Assembly: GCA_002269645.1 (NCBI GenBank)
Contig: NIVC01003584.1
Span: 25,582 to 89,581 of the forward strand
Reading direction: 5' to 3'
Length of the DNA stretch: 64,000 bases
Source: Macrostomum lignano
Lineage: Eukaryota
This document shows, piece by piece, positions 23,526-34,079 of this stretch. Position 1 is the first letter of the stretch, and each line of letters opens with the position of its first letter. The notes under the pieces are model-generated. The model was not told the DNA's origin. It did not search any database and was given only the letters and a program-made list of their open reading frames with translations. The position numbers and the translations under genes were made by a program.

Positions 23526-24099
23526 ACATCAATAAAAATGATCACTCTGAAGCATTCAGCTCCACCAGAAAAGTACAGAAACTAAACAAAGTAACAATTT
23601 ACTTTAACAAAACAACTTAACTTGGCTAAGTGATTCATATATTTATTTGACTGGTTTCTGGTATGCATAAATTGATCTAGATAAAAGGCAGTAACGCATA
23701 TAGAAATATCCAAAGAATAGACATCCAAAATAAAGCAATAAATCAAGTGAAATCACAACAGATAAGATTAACTAAGAAAAGCCACAGCTCAATATAACGC
23801 CAGAAAGAGCCAGCGAGAGTGACGCGCACAGGCCGGTGACTGTGGCGGTGACACGTGAAGGACAAAATTTTAATAAAAATACATTTGCAGGAATAAAGGA
23901 TAAACATGGGGACTCTGTGTCGTGAGAATGTCTGTCGCACTACTCATCTATGCATGCTTGAAGTACAACCTGAACTGTTGAATAAAAATAAGCCTTCTGC
24001 AACATTGATTGAGGTAATTTTATACGATGGACAAGCACGTCTCGAAACTGGATCAGCCACTTGCTTCATGGTGCATTTTCGGCATTAACATGTCCTTCC

Positions 24100-24960
24100 A
24101 CCTGTCTGTCTATCTAGCTGACTGTCTGTAACTATCTGCCCGGTTGTCTGTCCACCTGTATGTCTGGGCACCTGTCTGTTCACCTGTCTATCCACCTGTC
24201 TATCTGTCTGTCCACCTGTCCTTCAACCTGTATATCTACCTGTCTGTCCACCTGTCTGTCCTCCTGTCTGTTCACCTGTTTATCCACCTGTCTATCCACC
24301 TGTCTTTCTGTCTGTCCACCTGCTTATCTACCTGTCTGTCCACCTGTCTGTTCACCTGTCTATCCAACTGTCTATCTACCTGTCTATCCAACTGTCTATC
24401 TACCTGTCTATCCAACTGTCTATCTACCTGTCTATCCAACTGTCTATCTACCTGTCTATCCAACTGTCTATCTACCTGTCTATCCAACTGTCTATCTACC
24501 TGTCTATCCAACTGTCTATCTACCTGTTTATCCAACTGTCTATCTACCTGTCTATCCAACTGTCTATCTACCTGTCTATCCAACTGTCTATCTACCTGTC
24601 TATCCAACTGTCTATCTACCTGTCTATCCAACTGTCTATCTACCTGTCTATCCAACTGTCTATCTACCTGTCTATCCAACTGTCTATCTACCTGTCTATC
24701 CAACTGTCTATCTACCTGTCTATCCAACTGTCTATCTACCTGTCTATCCAACTGTCTATCTACCTGTCTATCCAACTGTCTATCTACCTGTCTATCCAAC
24801 TGTCTATCTACCTGTCTATCTACGTGTCTATCCACCCTGTCTATCTATATGTCTGTTCACCTGTACTTCAACCTGTGTCTGCCAAACTGTTCTCCCACCT
24901 GTCTATTCACCTGTCTATCCACCTGTCTATCCACCTGTCTATCTACCTGTCTGTCCACTG
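24100..24960 (+). repeat. 24-bp (2x12) minisatellite tctatccaactgtctatctacctg with degenerate flanks
   Basis: Tandem periodicity; source of the CLSNCLST/YLPVYPTV ORFs. Confidence 0.96.
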
Positions 24961-24986
24961 TTTCCCCGCCTGTCCCCAGACGGTCT

Positions 24987-27900
24987 TCACGGCAGCAGGG
25001 GTTGCCAGGCGGCGTGCCGCAGGCAGCGGTAGTAGAGGCCAGGCGGGGCGAACCACAGCACAGTGGCCGGGTCGGCAGGGTGGCCGCAGCCAGGACTCGG
25101 ACAGGCCACGGCGCCGGAGCGGGCCTCGGACACGCAGCGGGTCACGTGACGAGTCCAGCAGGCGGCGCAGTGCCAGTGCCGGCAGGCGGTCAGCGCCGTC
25201 ACCCAGTCGGCGGGGTCGCTGAGCCACGGCCTGGGCGACCGCACCCCGCAGCTGCCGCAGGCGGCCGACGTCTGGGAGCGCCGGAACTCTTCGACATCTC
25301 GCCGCTGACCGGCTAGCAGCGGCGGCAGGCGTCGGGGCGTCCGAGATGTCCGCCCGCCGGCCGACTCAATGCTAATGACGTCACTGGCTGGGACAGGCGC
25401 ACTGGAGTACAGCCAGCTGTACAGCGGAGGGCATGTCAAGGCGGAGATTCGAACTCCGGACGACAGGTCAGATTCGCTGACTGTCGAATCGATGCTTTCG
25501 TCATCAACAATTGGCTGGTCTTGGCCGGGTGTGGACAGCCGGGCCAGCAGCGCTGGGAGGGAGCTGAGGAGTGGCGGCGAAAGCGGGATCTTGTCACGGT
25601 GGGGAGATCTAGTCACGGTGGGGAGATCTAGTCACGGTGGGGAGATCTTGTCACGGTGGGGAGATCTAGTCACGGTGGGGAGATCTTGTCACGGTGGGGA
25701 GATCTAGTCACGGTGGGGAGATCTAGTCACGGTGGGGAGATCTAGTCTCGGTGGGGAGATCTAGTCACGGTGGGGAGATCTAGTCACGGTGGGAAATCTG
25801 GTGGGGAGATCTAGTCTCGGTGGGGAGATCTAGTCACGGTGGGAAATCAAATCACGCGAGGAGATCGAGTCTCGGTGGGAAATCTAATCACGGTGAGATC
25901 TAGTCACGGTGGAGAGATCTAGTCACGGTGGAGAGATCTAGTCTCGGTGGGGAGATCTAGTCACGGTGGGGAGATCTAGTCTCGGTGGGGAGATCTAGTC
26001 TCGGTGGGGAGATCTAGTCACGGTGGGAAATCTAATCACGGTGAGATCTAGTCACGGTGGGGAGATCTAGTCACGGTTGGGAGATCTAGTCACGGTGGGA
26101 AATCTAATCACGGTGAGATCTAGTCACGGTGGGGAGATCTAGTCACGGTTGGGAGATCTAGTCACGGTTGGGAGATCTAGTCACGGTGAGGAGATCTAGT
26201 CTGGGTGGAGAGATCCAGTCAGGGCCTGGAGATCTAACAGTCCAGATCTAGTCACGGTGGGGAGATCTACCCACACCAGCAGGGATCCAGTCACAACTCA
26301 CCCGAACGGGTCCTGACAGGCCAGCAGGCGGGTCAGGACGTGTCGCCGATCAGCCGGAGAGCCGCAGCCCAGCAGGTGCAGGCGAACTCGGGTCGAGCCA
26401 AACCGGACAGCCCTGGACGCAGACGGCAGCTTGCCACCAGCTGCTGGCAGCTCCTCCATCAGCAGGGTGGGGCCGGGCCACCGCCAGCTCGTTGCCATTG
26501 ACGACGGCCAAGGACGCAGCCAGATCTTGGTCGGCCAGCTGTCACTGCGCCTGCCGCCACCGCCAGCGCCAGCCTCCAGCAATCGATTCAGCAGCTCCCT
26601 CTGCACAGTCAGCACCGGTCTGAAGTCATCCTCTCGATCCTCTTCATTATCCTCTTTGAGCTGAGGCTGCTCAAAGCTGCCATCGGCTCGGCTCGACCGC
26701 TGCGTGGGCGGCTCGCCTTCGCTGGGCGAGAATTCAGCGAATCCCAGCTCGTCGGAGGCGAATTTGGCGAGCAGCTCGGAAATGCCGGCAGCCTCCGCCA
26801 GGGTTGATGAGGCGCGTCGGCTGAGCCTGAGAATGCCAGGGATAAATTCAAAACTGCCCAATTTTCTAAATGTACTTTTATACTACTCATTGCAAGTAGC
26901 TTCGGAGTTAATCGGGTTTGAGACTTAGCTCAGCATCATTCTCAATCAATCCAGCTCAGCATCGTTCCCCATCAGTCCAGCTCAGCATCATTCTCAATCA
27001 ATCCAGCATAGCATCATTCTCATCAGTCCAGCTCAGCATCATTCCCCATCAGTCCAGTTCAGCATCATTCTTAATCAATCCAGCATAGCATCATTCTCCA
27101 TCAGTCCAGCTCAGCATCGTTCCCCATCAGTCCAGCTCAGCATCATTCTCAATCAATCCAGCATAGCATCATTCTCCATCAATCCAGCTCAGCATCGTTC
27201 CCCATCAGTCCAGCTCAGCATCATTCTTAATCAATCCAGCATAGCATCATTCTCCATCAGTCCAGCTCAGCATCATTCCCCATCAGTCCAGTTCAGCATC
27301 ATTCCCTATCAGTCCAGCCCAGCACCATTCCCCATCAGTCCAGCTCAGCATCATTCTCAATCAATCCAGCATAGCATCATTCTCAATCAATCCAGCTCAG
27401 CATCGTTCCCCATCAGTCCAGCTCAGCATCATTCTCAATCAATCCAGCATAGCATCATTCTCCATCAGTCCAGCTCAGCATCATTCCCCATCAGTCCAGT
27501 TCAGCATCATTCCCTATCAGTCCAGCCCAGCACCATTCCCCATCAGTCCAGCTCAGCATTGATCATTCTTAATCAATCCAGCATAGCATCATTCTCCATC
27601 AGTCCAGCTCAGCATCATTCCCCATCAGTCCAGTTCAGCATCATTCCCTATCAGTCCAGCCCAGCACCATTCCCCATCAGTCCAGCTCAGCATCATTCTC
27701 CATCAGTACAGCTCAGCCAACTCACCGCAAGCCTCCAGCATCTTGAGCAGTGCTCAGATCCAGCCGCCGCTGCCAGTTGTCCTCCAGCCAGTCGGCCAGT
27801 TCGTCTTCCGCTTCCCGTCTCGCCACCCGCCGCATCCGCTTGCGACGATGGCGCTTTTGCTTTTGGCGACCTAGACTGCTTCTGTTGGCACAAGAAGCTG

Positions 27901-29042
27901 CAGAATCTGCAGCGTCTGCATCAACAGAAGCAGCAGCAGGCGAAGCAGCAGCCCGAGCTCTGCAAGAGAACAGTTGGGCACAGAATGCTCGCAATAATGA
28001 GTTGTCCATGTTGCATACGGATAGCTAATGCTTGTATACTACTGCAAATACGAGGTTAACAAGTAGTTTGATGCGGGTTTTAACAAAGAATATCAAATGG
28101 ATTGACCAAAGAAAAAAATGATAAAAAATATAATTACAGAAAACCAGCAAGTGTGTCATTGACGAAAGAAAATGTTTAAAGGGTCAGAACGATGTTAACG
28201 AATAAGGCTAAATAGTTCGGTTTAGGGTTGAAGGATAGGGTTTTGTGTTTTATGATCAAAATGTTAGGTTAGAAGGGTTGAGAGATTAGGGTTGAAAGGT
28301 CAAGGTTGAAGGGATGAAGGGTTGAAGGGTTAGGGTTGAAGGGTTGAGGGATTTGGGTTGAAAGGCAAATGTTGAAGGGTTTAAAGGGTGGGGTTGAAGG
28401 GTCTAAAGGGTAGGGTTGAAGGGCCTAAAGAGTAGGGTTGAAGGGTTTAAATGGTAGGGTTGAAGGGTTTAAATGGTAGGGTTGAAGGGTTTAAATGGTA
28501 GGGTTGCAGGGTTAAAAGGGTAGAATTGAAGGGTTAGGGTTGTAGGGTTAGGGTTGAAGGGTGTTATGCTGGTTGCGAAGCTTCTGTTTTCGAATATTCT
28601 GGACAATAGTTTCAGATAAAATACCGCAAAGTGAGTTTAATAGTTACTTTACAGTTCTATAAACATAGAGAGTAAAAAAATTCATCAATCTTTTATCTGC
28701 TTTCAAATTTCTAAAAGAGAAACATGCTGAAAAAAAACTGAGGCTGTACCTGGCAAAGGTGCGGGTCAGCGGTCGGTGCCAGCGGTCGTCAATGATGAGT
28801 TCATGCGGGGGCATCAGGCTGTGCAACACCAGTTTGGGTGCCGACGCCAGCGCGGACAGCGGCAGCGACACGGGCTCAGGGAGCTGCTGGCCGGCGCTGA
28901 GGCTCTCAACTGCCGATGGGGCCACCCCGAGCAGCTCGTACAGATTGAGCAGTCGGCTGCGCTCGGGTTGGAAGCGGACTGGCAGACGGACTTCGCAGCT
29001 GGCGTCTGAAGCATGGGCAGGTTGACGTAATTTGATTCCCAT
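24987..29042 (-). CDS. Protein with C-terminal RBR-type RING1 finger (predicted 542 aa, 4 exons; 3' end uncertain)
   Basis: Exons 29042-28750, 27959-27726, 26826-26302 and 25563-24987 join in frame via GT-AG. The last exon has CGSC...CRHWHCAACWTRHV...VACPSPGC, the RING1 pattern of RBR ligases. IBR and RING2 were not found. Confidence 0.7.
25587..26270 (+). repeat. 19-bp minisatellite (ggggagatctagtcacggt)n, intronic
   Basis: Tandem periodicity within the predicted intron 26301-25564. Confidence 0.96.
26928..27720 (+). repeat. ~26-bp minisatellite (ccagctcagcatcattctccatcagt)n, intronic
   Basis: Tandem periodicity within the predicted intron 27725-26827. Confidence 0.95.
28220..28560 (+). 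repeat. Degenerate telomere-like (TTAGGG/TGAAGGG) tract, intronic
   Basis: Repeated ttagggttgaaggg and gggttagggttgtaggg motifs. Confidence 0.75.
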
Positions 29043-29045
29043 TGA

Positions 29046-29059
29046 GTTGCCATGACAAC
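29046..29059. promoter_or_regulatory. RFX X-box-like motif next to the RING gene start
   Basis: GTTGCCATGACAAC lies 3 nt upstream of the predicted ATG (29042). Confidence 0.45.
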
Positions 29060-29091
29060 CCGCGTCAGTCGGCCGCAGCAATCAAATCTTA

Positions 29092-30250
29092 TCTACATGT
29101 ACCTGTTCTCATCTAATCTCAGCATATCTACCTGTTCTCATCTAATCTCAGCATATCTACCTGTTCTCATCTAATCTCAGCATTTCTACCTGTTCTCATC
29201 TAATCTCACCATTTCTACCTGTTCTCATCTAATCACACCATATCTACCTGTTCTCATCTAATCTCACCATATCTACCTGTTCTCATCTAATCACACCATA
29301 TCTACCTGTTCTCATCTAATCTCACCATATCTACCTGTTCTCATCTAATCACACCATATCTACCTGTTCTCATCTAATCTCACCATATCTACCTGTTCTC
29401 ATCTAATCACACCATATCTACCTGTTTTCATCTAATCTCACCATATCTACCTGTTCTCATCTAATCTCACCATATCTACCTGTTCTTATATAATCTCACC
29501 ATATCTACCTGTTATAATTTAATCCCACCGTATCTACCTGTTCTTATCTAATCTCACCATATCTACCTCTTCTTATCTAATCTCACCATATCTACCTGTT
29601 ATCATTTAATCTCACCATATCTACCTGTTTCTCATTTAATATCACCATATCTACCTGTTATCATTTAATCTCACCATATCTACCTGTTATCATTTAATAT
29701 CACCATATCTACCTGTTATCATTTAATCTCACCATATCTACCTGTTATCATTTAATATCACCATATCTACCTGTTTCTCATCTAATCTCACCATATCTAC
29801 CTGTTTCTCATCTAATCTCACCATATCTACCTGTTATCATCTAATCTCACCATATCTACCTGTTATCATGTAATCTCACCATATTGATCTGCCCTCATCT
29901 AATCTCACTATATCTATCTTCTCTCACCTAATCTCACCATATCTACCAGTTTTCACCTAATTGCACCATATCTACATAATCCCATCTAATCTCACCATAT
30001 CTACATCTTTTAATCTAATCTCACCATATATACCTGTTCTCATCTAATCTCACCATATCTACATCTTTTCATCTAATCTTACTATATCTACATCTTTTCA
30101 TCTAATCTCACCATATCTACATCTTTTCATCTAATCTTACTATATCTACATCTTTTCATCTAATATCACCATATCTACATCTTTTCATCTAATCTTACTA
30201 TATCTACATCTTTTCATCTAATCTTACTATATCTACATCTTTTCATCTGA
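29092..30250 (+). repeat. ~28-bp satellite (atctacctgttctcatctaatctcacc)n
   Basis: Tandem array; the same unit occurs inverted at 32260-32890. Confidence 0.96.
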
Positions 30251-30308
30251 TATTTTTAAAGTATATAATAAGCCTTGAATAAGCTAGAAATAAAGACTCA
30301 AAAACGCA

Positions 30309-31759
30309 CTAACCAAGATCGAGGATCTCCTCTCTCACGCCATCCACAGTCGCCCTGGTCAGTTCAGCCACCTGCCTCTGCACCTGCCTTTGCCTGGCCG
30401 TAACTCGAACTGCTCTCCGTCTCTGCGAACGCGAAGTCCCGCTAGCCGCAGGGGGGATTTTATCAGCCCGAAGCCTCTTGAGGCTGCGCCGGTACTGGGT
30501 GAGCAGGGACTGCACCGCAGGCATCCAGCCCAGGCTGCAGTCGCACCGGCTGACCCCAGGTGCCAGCAGACGGTTGCCTTGGATTGAGAAGTTCTCCTCG
30601 ATCATGAATATCTGCAGACCTTCCAGCATCTCCTCCGACTCGGCGTATTTAATGAAGAAGCCCTCCATGAGCTCCCATCGATTCTGCTTGCTCAGCGAGT
30701 ACCGCACCGATGTGTCCACGCTGTGCCCGATGTTGATGGGGACGCGTTTGGGAGGTGATGTAACTTGTGAGAAATGGGGGATGAGGAATGGGAAGATAGG
30801 GAATCGGAGAGGGGGAATAGGCGATGGGGAATGCGAATGATGGGGGATGGGGAATAGGGGATGGGGAAGGCGAATGATGGAGGTGGGGAATGGGGGATGG
30901 GGAATAGGGGATGGGGATTGGGGGATGGGGATTAGGGGATGGGGAATGGAGGATGGGGTGGGGAATGGGGGCTGGGGATGGGGAATGGGGATAAGGGAAT
31001 GGGGGATGGGGATTGGGGATGGGGATTGGAAGATGGGGATTGGGGGATGGGGATTGGGGGATGGGGATTGAAAGATGGGGATTGGGGGATGGGGATTGGG
31101 GAAAGGGGAATGGAAGATGGAGGCTGGGGATTGGGGGATGAGGAATTGAGGCTGAGGATTGGGGGATGGGGATTGGGAGATTGAAAATGGGGGATGGGGG
31201 ATGGGAATTGGGGGATGGGGAATGGAGGCTGGGGATTGGGAGAGGAAAATAGGGGATGGGGGAAAAGGGAATGAGGGATGGGGATTGGGGGATGGGGAAT
31301 GGGGGATGGGGAATAGAGAATGGGGGCTGGGGAATGCCAATGGGGGATGGGAACTTGGAAGATAGGGAATGGGGAGATGGGGAATGGGGAGATGGGGAAT
31401 GGGGAGATGGGGAATTGGAGTTTGGAGAGAAAGTGGGAGGGAAGAAAATAAGCAAAGAATGAGAACATGCTGTATTCGAATTACAATGGAAGAATCAAAC
31501 CCAACACTCACTCAAAATGCCTCCCAAACAGGTACCGACTGTCGCCCAGACGCACCGGTCGCCATCCAGACTCCGCCCCATCGGGCACATCTGGCGGCAG
31601 ATAGCAAAACTGCAGCAGTCCCTTGGTTCGACTCTGTCGCAGAATCTGCTTGGAAGTTCGACAGTTCTGCCGCTTGAAGGGGCCGCCGCCGGGACCGCAC
31701 ACGGGCCGGCCGCAGGGGCAGATGTTCCAGCAGTCGTAGCTGAGAAAGTCGCGAGGCAT
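30309..31759 (-). CDS. Hypothetical protein (~219 aa, 2 exons)
   Basis: Exons 31759-31512 and 30720-30309 join in frame (ga|gtgagt...cacag|c). Both are GC-rich islands between repeats. No family recognised; the second acceptor was chosen for frame. Confidence 0.5.
30770..31435 (+). repeat. G-run low-complexity array (ggggatggggattg)n, intronic
   Basis: Dense G4-5 runs; source of the spurious PIPHPP/GWGMG ORFs. Confidence 0.95.
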
Positions 31760-32259
31760 ATTACTGACCTACTGGGCTACATCATAAACTATAATGGCAT
31801 AACTAAGCTACTTTGTAAATGATCAGAAATGTCAATCTTTTAGCCAGTTTTCCATTGCAGCCGCTTTTCCTATAGACTTAAAGTTTGCGCGCTGCCCAGA
31901 AAAATGAGAGTTCTGGCCTATGGGGGGTGAGTAGGAGAGCAGAGAGAGTACAGCTGGCTGCGGTTGCCATTGACAACACAATGGACTCGCGCGCGCAAGC
32001 GACCCCTCCCCCGGCAGCTCTGGGCTGGGTTGCTGGGGTTTGGGGTGAGGGGTTTGTGATAGCAAGAGTAGAGCAGAGCCATGCTCACCTGCTCAGCCAT
32101 GGCCAATGTGCATGAATCAGGGAGGGTGCGGGCACTGGTACAGCATTAACAGCTGGGAGGGCGAGAGAGTGCCCGGCTGATGAAATGCTAGGAAATTCTA
32201 TGGTGAGATTAGAACAGTGAACACTCATTAGTGAGAGAGAAAAATGATAGATGAGACTA

Positions 32260-32890
32260 GAGTAGATAGGGTGAGATCTGATATAAGAGCATGTCGATGT
32301 GGTGAGATTAGATGACAACATATAGATACGGTGAGATTAGATGACAACAGATAAATACGGTGAGATTAGATGATAAAATGTAGATATGGTGAGATTAGAT
32401 AAGAACAGGTAGATATAGTGAGATAGATTAGATGAGAACAGGTAGATATAGTGAGATTAGATGAGAACAGGTAGATATAGTGAGATAGATTAGATAAGAA
32501 CAGGTAGACATAGTGAGATTAGATGAGAACATGTAGATACGGTGAGATTAGATGAGAACAGGTAGATATAGTGAGATTAGATGAGAACAGGTAGATATAG
32601 TGAGATTAGATGAGAATAGGTAGATATAGTGAGATAGATTAGATGAGAACAGGTAGATACGGTGAGATTAGATGATAAAATGTAGATATGGTGAGATTGG
32701 ATGAGACAGGTAGATATAGTGAGATAGATTAGATGAGAACAGGTAGATATAGTGAGATTAGATGAGAACAGGTAGATATAGTGAGATAGATTAGATGAGA
32801 ACAGGTAGACATAGTGAGATTAGATGAGAACACGTAGATATGGTGAGATAATATGAGAACAGGTAGATATAGTGAGATGAGAACAGGTAG
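32260..32890 (-). repeat. ~28-bp satellite, inverted relative of 29092-30250
   Basis: gtgagattagatgagaacaggtagatata is the reverse complement of the 29-30 kb unit. Confidence 0.95.
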
Positions 32891-33109
32891 ATACAGTGAT
32901 GATAATAAAAAGCTTAGGGACACTACCAGCACAGAGACGAGCAGACAAAAATGAGAATAAAGGCAGAATGCAAGGGAAGCGGAAGAACAGATGTTGAGAG
33001 GAAAGGTGAAAAGTCATAAAAAGCGGCAGATAGAGAGGAGTCATGGCACTCCAATGGAAAATCACAGGAACTAGACAAGACAATGGATAGCTTTGATTGA
33101 CAATGGCAG

Positions 33110-33123
33110 GTTGTCATGACAAC
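33110..33123. promoter_or_regulatory. Palindromic X-box-like motif
   Basis: GTTGTCATGACAAC, a perfect 14-bp palindrome upstream of the 30.3-31.8 kb gene. Confidence 0.35.
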
Positions 33124-33659
33124 TAAACGGGGATTAATGCAGATCAAACGTATGCTTCTAAAAGTACATCTTCAGCTACAGATTAGTGAAGAGAATGAAA
33201 GCATTAGACAATGAAACATGCATAACTAAGTTTTGAATTTGCGAAAAGCGCATTTGAATAAACTGATTGCAATATAATTTCGCAGCACTTGTCAAGCAAT
33301 ACAAAACTGATACATTTTGTAGACGATTGATCAGACTACTTTTAGTAGCATCGGGATAGACAAGACAACGTTTAATGGGCCTGCGCTAAATATTCACTGA
33401 ATAAGATGTGAGTCTTCGAATCGTGGAAAATGCCATTGACAGGTGGACAGGCAGGGAGACACTCACAAGTGGACAGGTAGGGAGACATGCTTACTCAAAA
33501 GTGGACAGATAAAAAGACAGGTGAACAGGTGGATATGTAGAGAAGCAGGTAGAGAGGCAGCTAAAGAGGTGGACAAGTAGAGAGGTAGGTAGAGACATGT
33601 AAGTGGAAATGTAGAGAGACCGATGGGTATTTGCAGGCAGGTATGAGACATACAGACAA

Positions 33660-33935
33660 GTAGACAAGTAAGAGGGACACGTAGACAGGTGGACAGGTAA
33701 GAGGGATATGTAGACAGGTGGACAGGTAAGAGGGATATGCAGACAGGTGGACAGGTAAGAGGGATATGTAGACAGGTGGACAGGTAAGAGGGATATGCAG
33801 ACAGGTGGACAGGTAAGAGGGATATGTAGACAGGTGGACAGGTAAGAGGGATATGTAGACAGGTGGACAGGTAAGAGGGATATGCAGACAGGTGGACAGG
33901 TAAGAGGGATATGCAGACAGGTGGACAGGTGGGTG
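33660..33935 (+). repeat. 29-bp minisatellite (gacaggtggacaggtaagagggatatgta)n
   Basis: Period 29 (33692 to 33721), just downstream of the HEAT gene stop. Confidence 0.93.
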
Positions 33936-34079
33936 GACACAGAGACAATATATTCCACGATTCGTGACGGCTGCAGCACTGAGGTCTCGAGGCCCCGGTG
34001 CCAGAAAGCAGTACAAGAATGCAAGCTACAGACACTAAACGGTGTCTCAGTCAATACACGGACATCAGGCAGAGGTCAG

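Noticed and set aside
24144-25316. Repeat ORFs (CLSNCLST, YLPVYPTV, DRQLDRQV)
   Set aside because: Minisatellite translations; the real exon here is on the minus strand (25563-24987).
26440-26545. Possible compensating frameshifts in RING gene exon 3 (alternative frame QLADQDLAASLAVVNG)
   Set aside because: The main frame is open and phase-consistent; this cannot be resolved without reads or homologs.
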